Position numbers and translations under genes: made by a program. The notes beneath the pieces were generated by a model. The model was not told the origin of the DNA. It worked only from the letters and a program-made list of their open reading frames with translations, and did no database searches. A stretch of 64,000 bases of DNA from Eledone cirrhosa (lineage: Eukaryota). The stretch lies in contig OZ024754.1 in the NCBI GenBank assembly GCA_964016885.1, positions 16,740,001 through 16,804,000 of the forward strand, written 5' to 3'. Below, in pieces: positions 1 to 11,887 of this stretch. Each line of letters opens with the position of its first letter. Position 1 is the stretch's first letter.

Positions 1-43
1 AATAATATCAAAATCTCGTATATTCAATATTATGTGAGATAAA

Positions 44-349
44 GCATTGGCTTTGCAATCGAAAGGTTGTGAGTTCAATTCTCAGACTGGGTTATGTGTT
101 GTTTCCTTGAGCAAGACACTTTATTTCACATTGCTCCAGTTTACTCAGCTGTAGAAATGAGATGACAGGGACTGGGGTCCCTATCATTCCACTGTAAAGT
201 GGTCGTGGAGGTGCCACGGCAAAAAAGCACTCAGCACCCACTGTAAATGAGGTTGGTGTTAGGAAGGGCATCCAGCTGTAGAAATCAAGCCAGAATCAGT
301 TCCCGTCCCACCCTTGCAAGCAGGGATAAGCGGACGTAAAATGATGATG
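44..349 (+). mobile_element. tRNA/CORE-type SINE with RTE-derived 3' part (family SINE-A), 5'-truncated
   Basis: Near-identical to the full copy at 44393-44738; (ATG)n tail; AAAGC occurs at both junctions. Confidence 0.9.
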
Positions 350-383
350 AAAGCCTTTACCATTAAAATACAATAGTATATAT

Positions 384-2172
384 GTAGGAATCTCAAACAC
401 TGAAGAAAGCAGCCAGCTGCTATTATGCTTAGCAAACATCGGGTTAAAAGTTCAAGATTGAAAGTATTCAAAACATAAATTTTGAAAACTTGATTCAGTG
501 GAATGATATGTGATGGGGCGCCCCATGGCCCCAGTGGACAGTATGGAGAAGGCGTTTCCCCGGAGGACGGCAAGGGAGATGCGCTGGAAAAGCCACTCCA
601 ACTTACGGGGCTCAGTGCCTATGGTGGTGAGTAGGGAGGTAGCCCTAGGGCCGAGGACACCAGAAGTCTCCACTGCCAAGGGTACAACCTCAAACCTGTC
701 GGAGAGTGACCGTTATTTGAGGAGTTTGGCCTCCTCAGCCCGATGTACAGCAGAACCTGGGTTAGTCGCAGACTGCAACAGGTTGTGGCTGCAGAAAGTG
801 TCGGTGCAAGTGGCATCCCAGACGAGGAGTTTGCCACCGCGGAATCGGGAAGATGGCCTTTTGCCGTCCCCTCTGTCCAGCCCCACCGGCTCGAGCTGTA
901 AGGGAAGCCTGCAGCGTCCAAGCCATGCTTTATGACCTCGTTGATGGATGGCGGCTGGCACTGTGGTGACAGGAAAGCGGGTGGAGGCCGAAAGAGACCA
1001 CGGTGGATCTGCAGTGACATTGGTGTGGCTCGCAGATCCGGGGGCCGAGCCTCAAGGAAACGCCACTGCTCAGGCTATTGTTATCTAGCTGCGTGCCAGT
1101 GGAGAAGGAGGGCAGGGTATGGAGCCAGGCACCACTGTGGGGTTTGGAGGCTGCACGAAAACAGGCAAGGCGGTGCTGGTCGAGCTGGTGCGTGAGCCTG
1201 TCTGAGGCCAGGCTGCACTGGATGGCATCCCAAGTGCTTTGGGGGCACTTGACGTCAGCAAGGGGAGAAGGAGGAGGGGCGTCTACTAGGCTAAGTCCCA
1301 GCTGGTCCCACGTTTCACAGGCGGCCTCATATTCTCTGACAACAGAGGGTTCTATTGTGTTTTGAAGAACCCTGCTGATGAGGACGCGACATGAGGTTAC
1401 CGACGAAAGAAACGCCGGCAAAGCCAGTGAGATCGGGGACCGGAGGCCAAGGCCGTCAAACCTGACAGGTAAAGTTGGCTGTTGCCATCCAATGTCATCA
1501 AACTTGACGTTGCATATCTCCTTGGTTGCTGCTTGGATACAAGTATCTAGGTCAGCGAGGAGAGATGTGTGGGTGTAGCACGGAACGCTGCGAAGGGTAT
1601 AGAGGAGCTTCGGCATAGGTGAAGCAGTTCCTCAACAGAAAGAGAGCTGGGTGGCCGTCGATCAAGCCCAGTCGGCTCGTGAGGGTCTGGAGTTGTTGGA
1701 GCGGAGGCCGGCGGGTGGATCGGTGACCCAAGGATGAGGACATCCTCTTTGGGGGTCACCTGAACCTGGTGGAGAATGGACCGCACGTCTGAGACAGCGG
1801 CTGCAAAGCTCTCAGCATCGTGGCTGACATTCACCACCTCCGACTTGGACGAGTTGACCTGGAGGCCGATTCCCGCCAGGGCAGGAACCACCGATTGTAG
1901 GTCATAGCAGACAGTCTGTACGGGCCCGCCCAACATAGCATCATCCAGATACCAAACGTTGAGAGGGACCATGATACTCCGGGCGATGTGGTCTATACCA
2001 AGGGCAAACAGAAGGGATCTCAAAGGGTCGCCCTGTTGGACCCCAGAGGCCGAAGGTATGACCGTATCAGCAGCAAGGAGCATGCTCAGGGCTCCATACG
2101 ACAGGTAGACCAGCGGGTAGGCAGAGGGGCATCGGTAGGCTGAGGCAGGCATCGAGCTGATGGTCCCGGCGT
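384..2172 (-). mobile_element. CRE-clade non-LTR retrotransposon, 5'-truncated and frameshifted (RT + Zn knuckle + restriction-like endonuclease)
   Basis: Minus-strand ORFs give GVQQGDPL..LLF, WYLDD, LPVRFDGLGLR, SGAWL, CHC..HPLSC, EPVGLDRGDGKRP, LVWDATCTDT, AVETSGVLGP and LFQRISLAVLRGNA, the motif order typical of CRE elements. Visibly GC-rich versus the flanks. Confidence 0.85.
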
Positions 2173-3194
2173 AAATATAGAATAATGTAAATGCTAAAGG
2201 GTTAAATCTACCATTGGTCTGCTGTTGTGTAGGACAGGTTATGGTGGTGTAGTGTAATATCTTGTCACTTTCACAATGAATCTTTTGATCCTTTGTGATC
2301 CTAATTTTATGAAAACTTGGAGCATCACAGACTGCCAGCAACCTATTTGTCTTTTGAACTTTAATTCTATATTTTTTTCCTCACCAACCTGATTTTGATG
2401 CACAGTTAGATCAAGACTGAGCAGCCATATTGGCTACAGGCCTATCTCTCCATGTTGGACCAAATGTTAAACTGTACTGGGCCTATCTGTCTTTGGTGAC
2501 CAAGTACTGGTTTGACAGAGAGCAGGATTTGAACTCAGGGAGAACAGAGCTGGAATGAATACTGCAAAGCATTCCATTTGACAATTCACTGCCTAACTCA
2601 ACAAATGAAGATCGATAAAATAAATACCAGTCTGGGATTAATATTATAGAGAAAGCCCTGAAGGTGGTGTCCCAACATGGCTACAGTCTAAAGTCTGAAA
2701 CTAATAAATCAATAAGAATGGTGAATGATCAATTGATAGAAATAATGAAACCTACATTGGTAATTCAAATTTGATCAGGTTGAATTGCTTGTTGTCTCTC
2801 TCTGAGATCAATAAAATAAACACCAATAATGCCCTGAAGAGTAAAATAAAGAGCCAGGATGTTAAAATAACAATATAGGTGATCAACTTTCAAACTTAAC
2901 CAGATTCAACACATAAAAGAATATGTTGAGGCTATTTTAAAATACTTCTTCTAATCCTGGAGTTCATGTAAATGGTTTAATTTAAATTTCAGATTTGGTG
3001 TCAATAATCATTGAATCTTAAGGAAGACGAAAAACATAAAACCAATTTATATTTCTTATTTTCCTCATATCCTCCAGTCATTTGTTATTATCATAATCAT
3101 CGTTCCCCTCGTTATCCTTCTTAATTAATCTCTGCCAAATCTTCTACCACAATCAGCCTCTCCTAAATATAATTTTCTCTTTTTTCCCCCCCTT

Positions 3195-3760
3195 GGACCT
3201 CATCATCATCATCGCCATCAACGCCACCACCTCCAACAACAACAACACCACTGCTGCCATCATCATCATCATCACCACAAGCACCACCACCACCACTGCA
3301 CTCACCACCACCATCTTCACCATCAGCACTACCAGCACCACCACCACTGTCATCACCACCATCACCACCAGCACCACCATCACCACCACCATCACCACCA
3401 CCATCACTGCCATCACCACTACCATCACCAGCACCACCACCACCGTCATCACCACCATCACTACCACCACCAGCACCAGTACCATCACCAGCACCACCAC
3501 CAACACCTGCTGCTATCATCACCATCACCATCATCACCACCACTAACACCAACACCATCACTACCACCAACACCACCACTGCCATCAACATTACCACCAC
3601 CATCACCACCATCATCACCACCATCATCACCACCACTACCACCAACACCAGCACTACCAACAACACCTCCACCAACACCACTGCTGCCACCACCACCATC
3701 ATCATCACCACCACCATCACCATCAGCACCCCTCTATCCCTCATCATCACCGCCACCACC
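3195..3760. repeat. Degenerate (CAC/CAT/CAA)n trinucleotide repeat
   Basis: Directly visible; it produces poly-Thr/His/Val pseudo-ORFs. Confidence 0.95.
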
Positions 3761-4074
3761 TCCTCTCCCCTCCCTCCCCCTCACCATCTTCTTTTCTCCT
3801 CCCACCACCACCACCTCCGCTACTAAATAGTATTAACAACAATATCCCATTTTGATGTCTCTTTTATGTACAATACAAAAAAGATATCGGTGATTCTATA
3901 ATTTCTTGTATTAAAACATGTCTCTATCTGATATCCCCTCAATATATCCTTTGTAGTATCGAATCACCTTTCAGTGAAATGAATAATTTTCCCATTTAAA
4001 GTAAAATTTTTACTTCAATTTCTCTGTTACGTTTGGTGTTTTAATTCACCTCAATTTCTTTTTCATATATGTAG

Positions 4075-4293
4075 ATGGAGGCACATGGCTTAGTGGTTAG
4101 AGCATTGGCCTTGCAATTGAAAAGTTGTGAGTTCAATTTTCAGACTGGGTGATGTGTTGTTTCCTTGAGCAAGACACTTTATTTCACATTGCTCCAGTTT
4201 ACTCAGCTGTAGAAATGAGATGATAGCAACTGGGGTCCATATCATTCCACTGCAAAGTGGTGTTGCAGGTGCCACGGCAAAAAGCACCCAGCA

Positions 4294-4297
<4 letters not shown>
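4075..4297 (+). mobile_element. SINE-A, 3'-truncated
   Basis: tRNA-like head with A box (TGGCTTAGTGG) and B box (GAGTTCAATT), then CCTTGAGCAAGACACTT core; ends in (TA)n. Confidence 0.9.
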
Positions 4298-4332
<35 letters not shown>

Positions 4333-4364
4333 CAATAATCAAAGTTCAGTTTAAATCATTTATT

Positions 4365-4411
4365 TGCTTACAATTGTTTCCTCCAAACCAAGGTTTGGAT
4401 TCTTCGGAGCA
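4365..4411 (-). ncRNA. Minimal type I hammerhead ribozyme-like motif (variant core CCGAAGA)
   Basis: Minus strand reads UGCU-CCGAAGA-A-UCCAAACC(UU)GGUUUGGA-G-GAAAC-AAUU-GUA-AGCA: stem I, stem II and palindromic stem III. Confidence 0.65.
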
Positions 4412-4512
4412 GTATAAAAAATATATAACCATAAAAGGTTTATTACATACATAACCATAAATAGTATCCTTAATACTATATATATATATATATATGTATA
4501 TGTATATATATA

Positions 4513-4615
4513 TAACAAAGGAATTGTGGTAAGGAACCAGATGGACCATAACACACCAAAGTACTCAATACTTAGGGTAGTAGAGTGGGTAATAGGAACA
4601 AGTACTTGTTCCTAT
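4513..4615 (-). repeat. Fold-back element family H, collapsed-hairpin copy
   Basis: Reverse complement of the tail at 36864-36943; short hairpin ATAGGAACAAGT/ACTTGTTCCTAT. Confidence 0.75.
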
Positions 4616-4618
4616 ATG

Positions 4619-4727
<109 letters not shown>

Positions 4728-4914
4728 GTATGGATTCCCCTTGCAATACGTACAATCTGGACTCACACACGCCTTGTTGTTATGACAATACTATACATGA
4801 TTTCACCTCTTTTATTATTAATGTTATTGATGTTCTTTTGAGAGAATCGTTTTTGCAAATGACTGAAAATATCGAATAATGTACACCATTTTTACCAGTA
4901 CCACAAAAATACTG

Positions 4915-5058
4915 GTCCATCCACACACACATGCATGTATGTATGTATATACATACTACTGTACGTCTGTATACATATATGTATGTACGTAGACATACTT
5001 ATATTTAAGTATCAGCCGTACTAAGAGTGAGAAATGAAATTTCATTTTTTTCCATTTA
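4915..5058 (+). repeat. Unclassified dispersed repeat, second copy at about 44205-44362
   Basis: Both copies share GTATCA..TACTAAGAGTGAGAAATGAAATTTCATTTTTTCCATTT and the upstream GTAC/ATAC-rich block. Confidence 0.7.
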
Positions 5059-5558
5059 TCATAAAAAATCACAAGCAAAAAAAAACACAGGCAAAAAAGT
5101 TATAAGCAAGGAAAATTGGTGTACAATGCAGGAGTCAATACAGCCAATAAGGCATGGATGAGGAAAGAGTTATAATGCAGTTGAAACAAACATATTTTGT
5201 GTGGGTTGTTAAAGCATGTTATAATTGTTATAAATGTTTAAGATAGTGTGTAATTTGTTAGAGAAGCATGTGGTGATAATGTAGGTATTTGTTATGTAAG
5301 GTGTAAAGCAAAGCACGCGATAGAGTTGGATAGGTGATTTTCATTTAAGTGTTTTTGTGTTGTAGTTTGTATGTATGTGTATGTGTTGTTTGTTACTCAC
5401 AACTATTAACCCATGGGTTAACACTTTGTATCTCGGCTCTGTAAAACACTTGAAAATTTGTATTGAGCCATTTGCCATACCGGTAACCGGCTAGTACTTA
5501 GTACTTCCCTACATATTTATAGTTATATCAAACATATATAAATATTCTTATTACTGTG

Positions 5559-5635
<77 letters not shown>

Positions 5636-5660
5636 ATATATATATACACACACATACATT

Positions 5661-5721
<61 letters not shown>

Positions 5722-6556
5722 GTAGCAATCACAACAAAGTATTATTTTCTCCGCTTTCTCTTATTTTTTCTGAGTAATTTTCAGATCTAAGTGAACTCTG
5801 GTGTATTAATGAAATTACTACCCCCCCCCCCTCTCACACACACACACAGTGTAGACTAGTGCAAGATATTTTCAGAATAATTCCTGTTCTCCTTGGATAC
5901 ACCAAAAAACGTATCTTTTTCAAAATATGTATTACCTTTTACCTTCAACAGTTGCTTGAATATATATATATATATATTTATTTCATTATGTATATTTTGA
6001 AGATGTATAACAGAAAGCAAAACATGTCCTCCTCAAATAAAATGCATAGAAAATGTATAATTTTTTCTCCATGATATGCTGGTAGACAAACGAGCTGGAC
6101 AGATCGGTGACCACCAAGCATATGATTAGCAAAAACTCAACACACAGGGGGTTACGTGACTGGGTGAAAACTTTACAGTTGGTTTAAACATTTCATAAAT
6201 TATTTCAGTGATCAATATATATATATTAGTTGTAGATGATTATCATAAGTTCTATATGACCTTTTATATGGAATTGATTTCAGACTTCCAGTCTCCGAAA
6301 CTGAATTAAATTTATGTGCGCAATGTATTGTGTTTATTGAAAACTGTGAAGTTTTTCATTGTCATTCAATGAAATGACATGCAAATTTTGCACAATGAAG
6401 GAACTTTTTCAATATGGTGTTCTTGAAACAATTTGATACCATAAAATAATTTGATTTATTTGTATCTATCACATTTCGTGGGTTAGAAAGCAAGAATAAC
6501 AATAAGTAAATATAGTGAAACAATAAATCCACAATCAGTAATTTACAATATTTAGA

Positions 6557-7265
6557 CATTATTATTGTTCTTTAAATCTCAGTCATTGATGTTATTTAAC
6601 TCGAAAGTTTGTTGAAATGAATATCAAGCCGCTACCTGCAGCCTCAGATATTCAGGATGTATCGGAGGGTTCTTGCTGTTCCCAGCAAGCATGCCTTTTG
6701 AAGTGTTCCAAAAAGCGGGGCTGGACTAATCTTTTTTAACCATCCTTGGAAACTCTGTGAGATAGTACCTAGTGTGCCTACGACAATCGGGACAACCTTG
6801 ATTTCATGGCAGTTCCAAATCCTTTTTAACTCCCACTTTAAGTCCTGGTATCGGTTAATTTTCTCCCTCTCTTTTTCTTGCACTCTCGTGTCAAATGGGC
6901 AGGCTTCATCTACAATCAGGCACAATCTTTTTTCCTTGTCCAAAACCACCAGGTCAGGTCTATTGTGTTCTAATTTCTTGTCCGTCTGTATCCTAAAATC
7001 CCACAGCACCTTCACCTGATCGTTTTCTATCACCGACTCTGGTTTATGCTCATACCACTTCTCAGAATGTGGTAAATTGTTTACTTTGCATAAGTGCCAG
7101 TGGATCACCCTGCCCATCACATCATGTCTCCAGCCTTTATAGTGAGTCTGGGCTAGGTGTTTACACTCGGATACAATGTGAGCCACAGTCTCCTCTCTCT
7201 CTCCACAGATCCTACACAGTGAGCTAGCCTCCCCCTTGTCAATGTGGTGTTTCACCCACTTCGTT
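6557..7265 (-). mobile_element. R4/Dong-clade non-LTR retrotransposon 3' fragment (CCHC knuckle + PD-(D/E)xK-type endonuclease)
   Basis: ORF 6644-7276: CRICGEREETVAHIVSEC, RHD, LWDFRIQTD..HNRPDLVVLD, EKINRYQDL, VVPIVVGTLG; short TAA repeats at both ends. Confidence 0.88.
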
Positions 7266-7282
7266 ATTATTATCATTATTAT

Positions 7283-7478
7283 CGGTGAATTGGCAGTATT
7301 GGTAGAGGGTCGGGCGCCATGCTTTGCAGCACAGTTACGTCCCTTTACGGACTGAGTTCAAATCCCGCCGAGATTAACTTTGCCTTTCATCCTTACGGGG
7401 TCGATAAAATAAAGTACCAGTAATACACTGGGATAATTGCTGGCCTTGTGCCAAAAGTAAAAACAATTATTATTATTT
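7283..7478 (+). mobile_element. tRNA-derived SINE family SINE-M (Meta-like central domain)
   Basis: A box TGGCAGTATTGG, B box GAGTTCAAATCC, central GCCTTTCATCCTTACGGGGTCGATAAAATAAAGTACC, (TTA)n tail; many copies in the window. Confidence 0.85.
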
Positions 7479-9712
7479 TTTAAATTTCTTTTGTAGCATC
7501 TACAGATCAGAGAAATATTGTAGTGTTAAAAATAACTTTATGGTTTGGTTTTGTCGATATTTTACTTTGCTGAAGAGTAAAATGTTATATCACAAAGACA
7601 TGGCACAGGAGGAATAACAAACAAACAAAAAAATAATATACATCTAAAACAGAAATTGTTCACAGATTTATGCTTGGGCATTCATATTCATAAAACAATT
7701 TAACACAAAACACTCATTCACTCCCGCACACATATCTATAATATAAATTCATTGACAGTCACACAACAATAATAGATACATTTTTGTTCTAAATTCTTTC
7801 AAAGAGAAGCCAGGAAGTGTCTCTGTAATGTAACAGCTTTAAGCACAATTTTCATTGAAAAAGAAATTAGAAGAAAAGAAAATGTGATTGCTTTATGAAA
7901 ATGTACTTTCATAACTCTTGTGAATTTGATGTATGATCTTATTTGTTTTCGATCAATAATCTCTCTCTATCACTAGTAAAATATTGCCACTTCAATGACT
8001 GACTAAATGTTAAATACATCAATTCAATACATTGCTTACAGTTTTCTACAAACAAATTCACCGTTAATCATTACCATTGCAGCCTGTTTTCCTAGCAATA
8101 CTGAAATGATGAACATTATTTACAAATTTATTTACAAAAATTAGATCAAAGAACTTCTTTAGTTACAGTAAACATTTCATTACAAAGTTCACCACTGATG
8201 TCACCCTCATTCTCATTATTGTTATCATTACTGTCATTTAATCAACCATTTCTTTTTCATTATTGGAACAGTTTGTAGTATACTGCACCACCTCACCTTG
8301 CTTCTATCATACTGTTGTCTGGGTCTAGGAAATAAAACCCATTCGTTACCATATTTCTAATAAAATATACTGCATATGGTCAATAAAATAAAGTACCAGT
8401 AATGAACTGGGGTCGATTTAATCAAATTTCCCTTCCCTTCAAATTGCTGGCCTTGTGCCAAATGTAGAAACAATTATTCCATAAGATGAAGTAATAGCTA
8501 GATACTTGTTAAACTATTAAGGTTACAAGTTGGCACGTTGAGTTCAATCTTCAATTCCACTTTTGATTTAATTGCTACATGATTATCAAGTGTTAAAGGA
8601 ATGTAGTTGCTTAGTAATTGGTTGGTCCTGACATTAATGGATTAGATTGATTAAATATTTGAAACCTTGTTAATTTAACACATTTATTAAGGTAGATTAA
8701 GTACCTTCATATTGGATTTTCTTCAGTTTTTATATAGGACTAATCAATTTGAAAAGGTTTTCATTGAAATATGAGGAGTACGAGCATGTTAAGTGATGTC
8801 TGGGAATTAACCCCTCTGTCACCCAAAGCATTCCAACCAGAATCACTTGATCATTTTAAAGATGTACCTAGGTCTACATAATCAAATATAATTAAGACAG
8901 TAGGCTGTGTGTTATTTGAGCAAGATTTGACTGTTATTTCTAGCAGGTTGATTGACCATTTAGAGCCTTTCTCTCTGTCATTAGCATAGAATCTATGTGC
9001 TTCACTACAGATTAACACATCATCAGTTAAGCTTCTTAGGACATTGTATTGCTCCTTCAAGGAAAGTTACTTTAGGTAAAAAATGTTCAACCTTTTTCAA
9101 TCCAACACTAAATAAGGCACTAAAAGACTCGATCAGCTCAAGGTAGGATTGGTGGTGATAGTGCCTGAGTCTGGAATCTATAACTCATGAGACATGTGGA
9201 TTTTGAGAATCCACATGTCTCATGAACTCTCTCTCCATGCTATTCATAAGTCTTCTCTATCATATCTTCCGATCCATCTTTTATCTACCTTACATTAGTT
9301 TATCTGACTAGGTTATGTATAATAACTGGAGGTCTCCATATTGTTCATAAATATCTTCTCTATCATAGCTTGTAATCCATCTTTTATCTAGAGATGGCGC
9401 CTACCTTATTATTGAAGGGAGAAATGATAACATTTACAGTAAATTTTATGCTTGTGTGTTGCCTTCGTGTAGGATCAGCTAATTTATTATAGGTTTTGTC
9501 ACCGCTGAACAGTAAACAGTTTAAAATGATGCAAACTTTTCCCAAACCGATTTGTTCTACACACTCACACATACACTTTTACACACATACACAATACACA
9601 TTCACATATATATTATATACCTGGACATATGCACATACACACACATATAAATGTATGCGTATATATATATATATGTATATATATATGTGTGTGTGTACAT
9701 ATATATGTACTG

Positions 9713-9941
9713 ATGGATGAAGAGGTGCTGGGAAATGTCAGTTGAGGGAAGACGTGGTAGAGGTAGGGCCACGAAAAACATGGGCGGAAGTGGTGAGAAG
9801 AGACCTCAGATCACTGAAGCGAGGTCTGTGGAGAAGACGGTGGAGATGACGAAGGACCGTGACAAGTGGAGAGATGCTGTGCTGAATAAGACCCGTCCCA
9901 CCCTTGCAAGCAGGGAAAAGCGGACATATGATGATGATGAT
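9713..9941 (+). mobile_element. RTE LINE 3' fragment
   Basis: Matches the 3' end of the LINE at 14269-17494 (MTKDRDKWRDAVLNKTRPTLASREKR); (ATG)n tail. Confidence 0.9.
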
Positions 9942-9998
9942 GTGTGTGTGTGTATATATATATATGTATATGTATATATATGTATATGTATATATATA

Positions 9999-10042
<44 letters not shown>

Positions 10043-10129
10043 CAGAAGGGATATTCAATTTGTTGGTAATTCAACAAATATAAATGTTTATAACTGATTC
10101 AGAGCACTCTACAGTTTTTCTGTAGTATA

Positions 10130-10461
10130 ATATACAATGATATTAAATAAATAGCAGCTATATTTATAAAATCATATTTATTCTATTATATATATTTCAA
10201 GGGTACCAAAATTTTGGTACGCTATCATCAGATAAAATACAAAGTGTATTTTATAAATTTTGACATAACCAAGGAGAATATACCTTAACGGTTCAAGTTT
10301 TCCTTGGATATATTCTTCTTTATTATGTAAAAATTTAAAAAACACACTTCGTATTTTATCTGATGATAGTGTACCAAAATTTTGGTACTCTTGAAATATA
10401 TATAATAGAATAAATATGGTTTTATAAATATCGCTTCCATTTATTTAATATCATTGTATAT
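10130..10461. repeat. Fold-back inverted repeat with a hammerhead-like motif in each arm (PLE terminus-like)
   Basis: Arms about 10130-10290 and 10305-10461 are reverse complements. 10352-10412 (+) reads UAUUUUAU-CUGAUGA-stem II-GAAA-UAUAUA-UA-AUAGAAUA, with a mirror at 10179-10239 (-). Confidence 0.8.
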
Positions 10462-10478
10462 GTATATATAGATATATG

Positions 10479-10565
<87 letters not shown>

Positions 10566-10655
10566 ATAATAATAAATACCCACAATATTTGCATATGTAT
10601 CGGTATGTCTCTTGGCTGAAAAGGAGGTCATATAACTGTCCATGCATTAATAAAT

Positions 10656-10702
10656 TGCTCCGAAGAATCCAAACCTCGGTTTGGAGGAAACAGCTGTAAG
10701 CA
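10656..10702 (+). ncRNA. Minimal type I hammerhead ribozyme-like motif (variant core CCGAAGA)
   Basis: UGCU-CCGAAGA-A-UCCAAACC(UC)GGUUUGGA-G-GAAAC-AGCU-GUA-AGCA; paralog of 4365-4411. Confidence 0.65.
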
Positions 10703-11009
10703 CAATAATGTTTTGAACAGTTCTTTGATTCTTATATTTCATATAACTGCTCTGTAAAGCATCTGATGTTTTTACATTGAGCTACTTAACTTACTGGTAA
10801 TAAGGTAGTAATACATTACTGCCTACCACTATTTAGGGTGTATATAAAAAATACTTATAACTGCATAAGGTTTTGTATTTACATAACCATAAATAGTATA
10901 ACTAATACTATATATATATATACATATATCTATATATACATATACAATGATATTAAATAAATGGAGCTATATTTACACATATATATATATATATACACAC
11001 ATATATATA

Positions 11010-11450
11010 TATCATCATCATCATTTTACGTCCGCTTTTCCCTGCTTGCAAGGGTGGGATGGGTCCTATTCAGCACAGCATCTCTCCACTTGTCACGATC
11101 CTTCGTCATTTCCACCGTGAGCTTCAGCGATCTGAGGTCTGCTCTCACCAACTCCGCCCATGTTTTTCGTGGTCTTCCTCTACTGCATCTTCCTTCATCT
11201 GGCATTTCTTGTGGCACTTCTTCACCCATTGGTCATCCTCCATGCGCATCACATGTCCATACAACCTCAGTCTCCTCTCTCGCACACTACATTCTATCCC
11301 TCTCAGACACAGTTTCTTTCTCAACACATCCATGCTCGGCCATTCACGCACATTGACACTGCCCATCCAATGGAGAATGCTTGCCTCATTTCTCTCCAGC
11401 GATAGCATATCCTCTGCAGTTGCTACCCATGTCTCACTACCATGCAGCAT
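11010..11450 (-). mobile_element. RTE LINE 3' fragment
   Basis: MLHGSETW...RRLRLYGHVMRM...GRPRKTW; same family as 14269-17494. Confidence 0.92.
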
Positions 11451-11682
11451 ATATGCATATACATATATATATATATATATATATGTATATATCACATAAG
11501 AAACGGAGAATCAGTTTTGCGAAGAATAACATTTATTAGGCATATTACAACCGTTTCTCTGGCAACCAACTCGAGGCACAATCGGTGTAATGATCGAACG
11601 AACCTGACTCTGAAATCACAATGTCCTCAGATACGTCTCGATTCTACGAAGCAGAGTTTACAAAAATCAAGTACTCAAACGG

Positions 11683-11887
11683 CCTTGAGCAAGACACTTT
11701 ATTTCACATTGCTCCAGTTTACTCAGCTGTAGAAAAGAGATGATAGGGACCCCAGTTCCTATCATTCCACTGCAAAGTGGTCGTGGAGGTGCCACGTATA
11801 AAAAAAGAGGAACCAGCACTCACTGTAAATGAGGTTGGTGTTAGGAAGGGCATCCAGCTGTAGGAATCAAGCCAGAATCAGTTCCTG
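11683..11887 (+). mobile_element. SINE-A internal fragment
   Basis: Runs from the core to GGAAGGGCATCC; truncated at both ends. Confidence 0.85.

Larger units (their letters stand above)
1..2205. mobile_element. piggyBac-type MITE (family A), split by a nested SINE and a nested CRE element
   Basis: Pieces 1-45, 350-383 and 2173-2205 join into the same sequence as the intact copy at 26483-26712, ending in TAAATGCTAAAGGG-TTAA. Confidence 0.75.

Noticed and set aside
3153-3759. Thr/His/Val/Gly-rich ORFs (mucin-like)
   Set aside because: Trinucleotide repeat open in several frames, with no splice or domain support.
9384-9572. Penelope RT-like motif (KTYNKLADPT)
   Set aside because: Single short motif with no downstream RT motifs.
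11543-11636. Hammerhead on the minus strand (CUGAGGA ... GAAAC-GGUU-GUA)
   Set aside because: Core words are present, but I could not form a convincing stem II base.
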